Shown: piece after piece, positions 29,740 through 32,000 of the stretch
Layout of the letters: each line of letters begins with the position of its first letter
How positions within the stretch are numbered: position 1 is the first letter of the stretch
Source of the DNA: Wallemia ichthyophaga EXF-994
Taxonomy: Eukaryota; Fungi; Basidiomycota
Reading direction: 5' to 3'
Length of the DNA stretch: 32,000 nt
NCBI RefSeq assembly: GCF_000400465.1
Contig: NW_008806280.1
Coordinates: 507,634-539,633, forward strand
Translations under genes and position numbers: made by a program
The notes under the pieces: generated by a model
Seen by the model: the letters and a program-made list of their open reading frames with translations, nothing else
The model's database searches: none
Told to the model about the DNA's origin: nothing

Positions 29740-32000
29740 CAAGCATTTAATTATTGTCGATACAATTTGTCTTATTTCTAAAATACTTTAAAAAGATGAA
29801 AAATTTGTGGTAATCCAAATGATCGCTTAGAACTCAAAATACGCTGCCCTTGCGCGTATAAGGCCCAATGATAACAGTCTTGTAAGCATTTCATAATGCG
29901 GCGTTATCTTTCGCCACTTCTGAAACACTTCATTCGAAGAATCCGTTACGAAACCCCCCGCAGTGAGAAGAAGCGGAACAAAGGAAGTATCAGTGAGGTC
30001 CCCGTACTTGTTGACCTTTTCACGCTCATAAAACGACAGCTCCATCTTGTACCGACCCAATGGGCCAAGATTCTTGAGGTGGGTCGCTGCCGTCTTCACA
30101 CTGGCTGTAGGGGCGATTATCGTAAGGTCGTACTCACACGAGTTCCCTTTAGACGCTGCTGGGCCAGTTACCCGAAAGTCCGTTCTTAAATGAGTATTTC
30201 TTACAGCTGGCTCAGGAGTAATTGTTGAAGCGGGAGCTGCTGCAAGAAATCTCATAAGAAGGCCTTTCACATAATCATGCCGAGCCGTCCTAAGGTTTTC
30301 GCGTGAGTTACAGATATCATCATGGCCTACAGAATTCTCCATGCCACATTTCCTGCAATTGTTATCCTTACCAGGACAAAGAGTACGAATGTGTAACGCA
30401 TACGAAATCTCAGTGTCCGAAAGCTTCAGTTGCTTGTTGTATGGTATTGTTGATAACCATTTCCGGCCCAGCTTTGATTGGCTATCCAGCACGACGTTCC
30501 TCTGATCCCGGCTAAGTGTATCAAACTTCTTGTTGAATTCCAACTCATAAAAAGCTCCAGTACGTTGACGCTGCAGCGTTAAAGTCTCATACGGACCACT
30601 ACGTTGATGAAAAATGGCCTCTAACGTAACGCAAGCTTGTTCCATCATCGAAGCATACGCCATGGGAGCCACGTCTGAATGTAACGGTACACCCAAACCT
30701 CCATAGCGCTGAGGAATGCCGATGATCCAAGTGTCCAAGACTTGACGACGTGATGACCCACGTAACTTCTTCACTTTTTCATGAAGAAGCGTATCCAACA
30801 CATTCCATTCCTCCAACATGTCATCAGTCCTGAGGCTGCGCTGCAAATGACGTAGCTCTGCTTGAATGCATCTAAGTAAAAGCAAGAGCTGATGTTGGGA
30901 ATGAACACCGTCTAGTGCTTCGACCTTGGAACGAACTTGAGCAGTCTTGGAACGGAGGAAGCCTGCACGTGCTTCACGCGGCCCGACCATGGATCCCAGG
31001 ATCTCGCGCCCATGTTGCCTCACATCGTCCCATGATACCACCGAACACTTGGAGCGGTTAAGCTGTAGACCACAAGTTACCTTGGCGAAGAACTCCTCGA
31101 CGTCTGCCATGACATCCTCGGTTGCAAAAAGGTACACGTCGTCGAGATACGCAAGCACCATTGCCCTATCACCAAGTATCTTTTGTAAGTCTTGGAGTGT
31201 ATCCTTCACCGCTAACGAAAACAGTAGCGGGCCAAGCGGATCACCTTGCCGAACGCCTTGACTGGATTGAAGGGACGCCTGCGTATCATCGCCGTTGACT
31301 AGGAGTGAGCTAGGTTGATTATAAGCCCACTTGACTGCTTTGGTGATTGGCTGTAAATGCTTGAAGGTTGCGGATGCTAATACTTTCCTATCGATAGTGT
31401 TGAAAGCATTACGAAAGTCCAACGATATCATGTATTTGTACTGTCCTTCATCCTTATCGACTTGCAGTTGCGACGCAAGCACGATGGGCTCTACGCCTCC
31501 ACTTGTACCTACACCAAGCTGATATGGATGGAGACAGGACGGCTTGAAATATGTACGCATAACAACCTTCATAACTAGACGATAAAAGATCTCACCGACA
31601 GCTATTGGACGGACACCACCATCCGATTTTGCAAGAGGGATGAGTCGGCTGGCACAGAGCATCTGTTGAGCGGGGGCTGTACCTTGTACGACTAGACGCA
31701 CTAGCAGATCCATAAAGTGCTTGAATGAATCCACCTTGTACGCCTCCTTGGTTAGACTGTAAGTCCAGCCAGAAGGTCCTGCCGCTGTCGATGTGTTCAT
31801 CCTTTTCATCGCTTCCAAGCTATCCCCATCAGCTGGCATAAGACCCGAACGATACCCGTTGATACCCTTGAAAGGGTTAGGTTCACCTTGAGGGTGTTTG
31901 CTACTTAGCTGATCTATAACCTCACCCGTCACTGGAAGTATGCCGGCTTTGTCTCCCAAGACTCGACTCGCGGTACCGAGGCTTAGGTGAACAAGCATTT
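29740..32000 (-). mobile_element. Non-LTR retrotransposon, CRE clade (Cnl1/MoTeR/SLACS-like): RT + CCHC zinc knuckle + restriction-like endonuclease; 5' part lies beyond the window
   Basis: ORF 29827-31998 is uninterrupted for 723 aa. RT motifs: RPIAVGEIFYRL, QLGVGTSGGVEP, SLDFRNAFNTIDR, QGVRQGDPLGPLLF, AYLDD. Zinc knuckle: CRKCGMENSVGHDDIC. REL motifs: RHD, EP, RTD, YDLT, EKVNKY, FVPLLL. The 3' boundary is inferred from the TTAGG tract. Confidence 0.92.

Noticed and set aside
1272-31522. Numerous 60-150 aa ORFs overlapping the called genes on the opposite strand or in other frames
   Set aside because: They have no recognisable domains and are shadows of real coding sequence, or are exon fragments already assigned to spliced genes.
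29740-32000. CAAGCATTT occurs both at about 29740 and at the window end, suggesting a target-site duplication
   Set aside because: The second copy is inside the RT ORF and only coincides with the arbitrary window edge; a 9-mer match is expected by chance.

Overview
Eukaryotic, very gene-dense fungal DNA with short (about 40-65 bp) GT-AG introns and tiny intergenic gaps. This style fits a compact basidiomycete genome such as Wallemia; the taxon is an inference, not verified. Left to right: a partial LRR gene and a decayed F-box/LRR paralog; a SAF1-like F-box/RCC1 gene head-to-head with MAD1; a MUN/C2-domain gene; a Pmp3/Sna-family proteolipid; an F-box gene; a RAN/Ksp1-type kinase; a PHO80-type cyclin; an AIM18-like gene, GPI10 and a DUF1295 gene in tight tandem; malic enzyme; a JEN1-like carboxylate transporter; two paralogous single-pass PY-motif membrane proteins; a divergent HMG-box factor; and the 3' part of an uninterrupted CRE-clade non-LTR retrotransposon ending near TTAGG repeats. 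The most striking observation is a circularly permuted tRNA-Arg(ACG) gene on the minus strand at 29377-29452. Its 3' half precedes its 5' half, separated by CCAC, with the break at position 37/38 and a substitute A-box upstream. I know this architecture from red and green algae, nucleomorphs and an archaeon, but not from fungi. All exon structures were deduced by eye.
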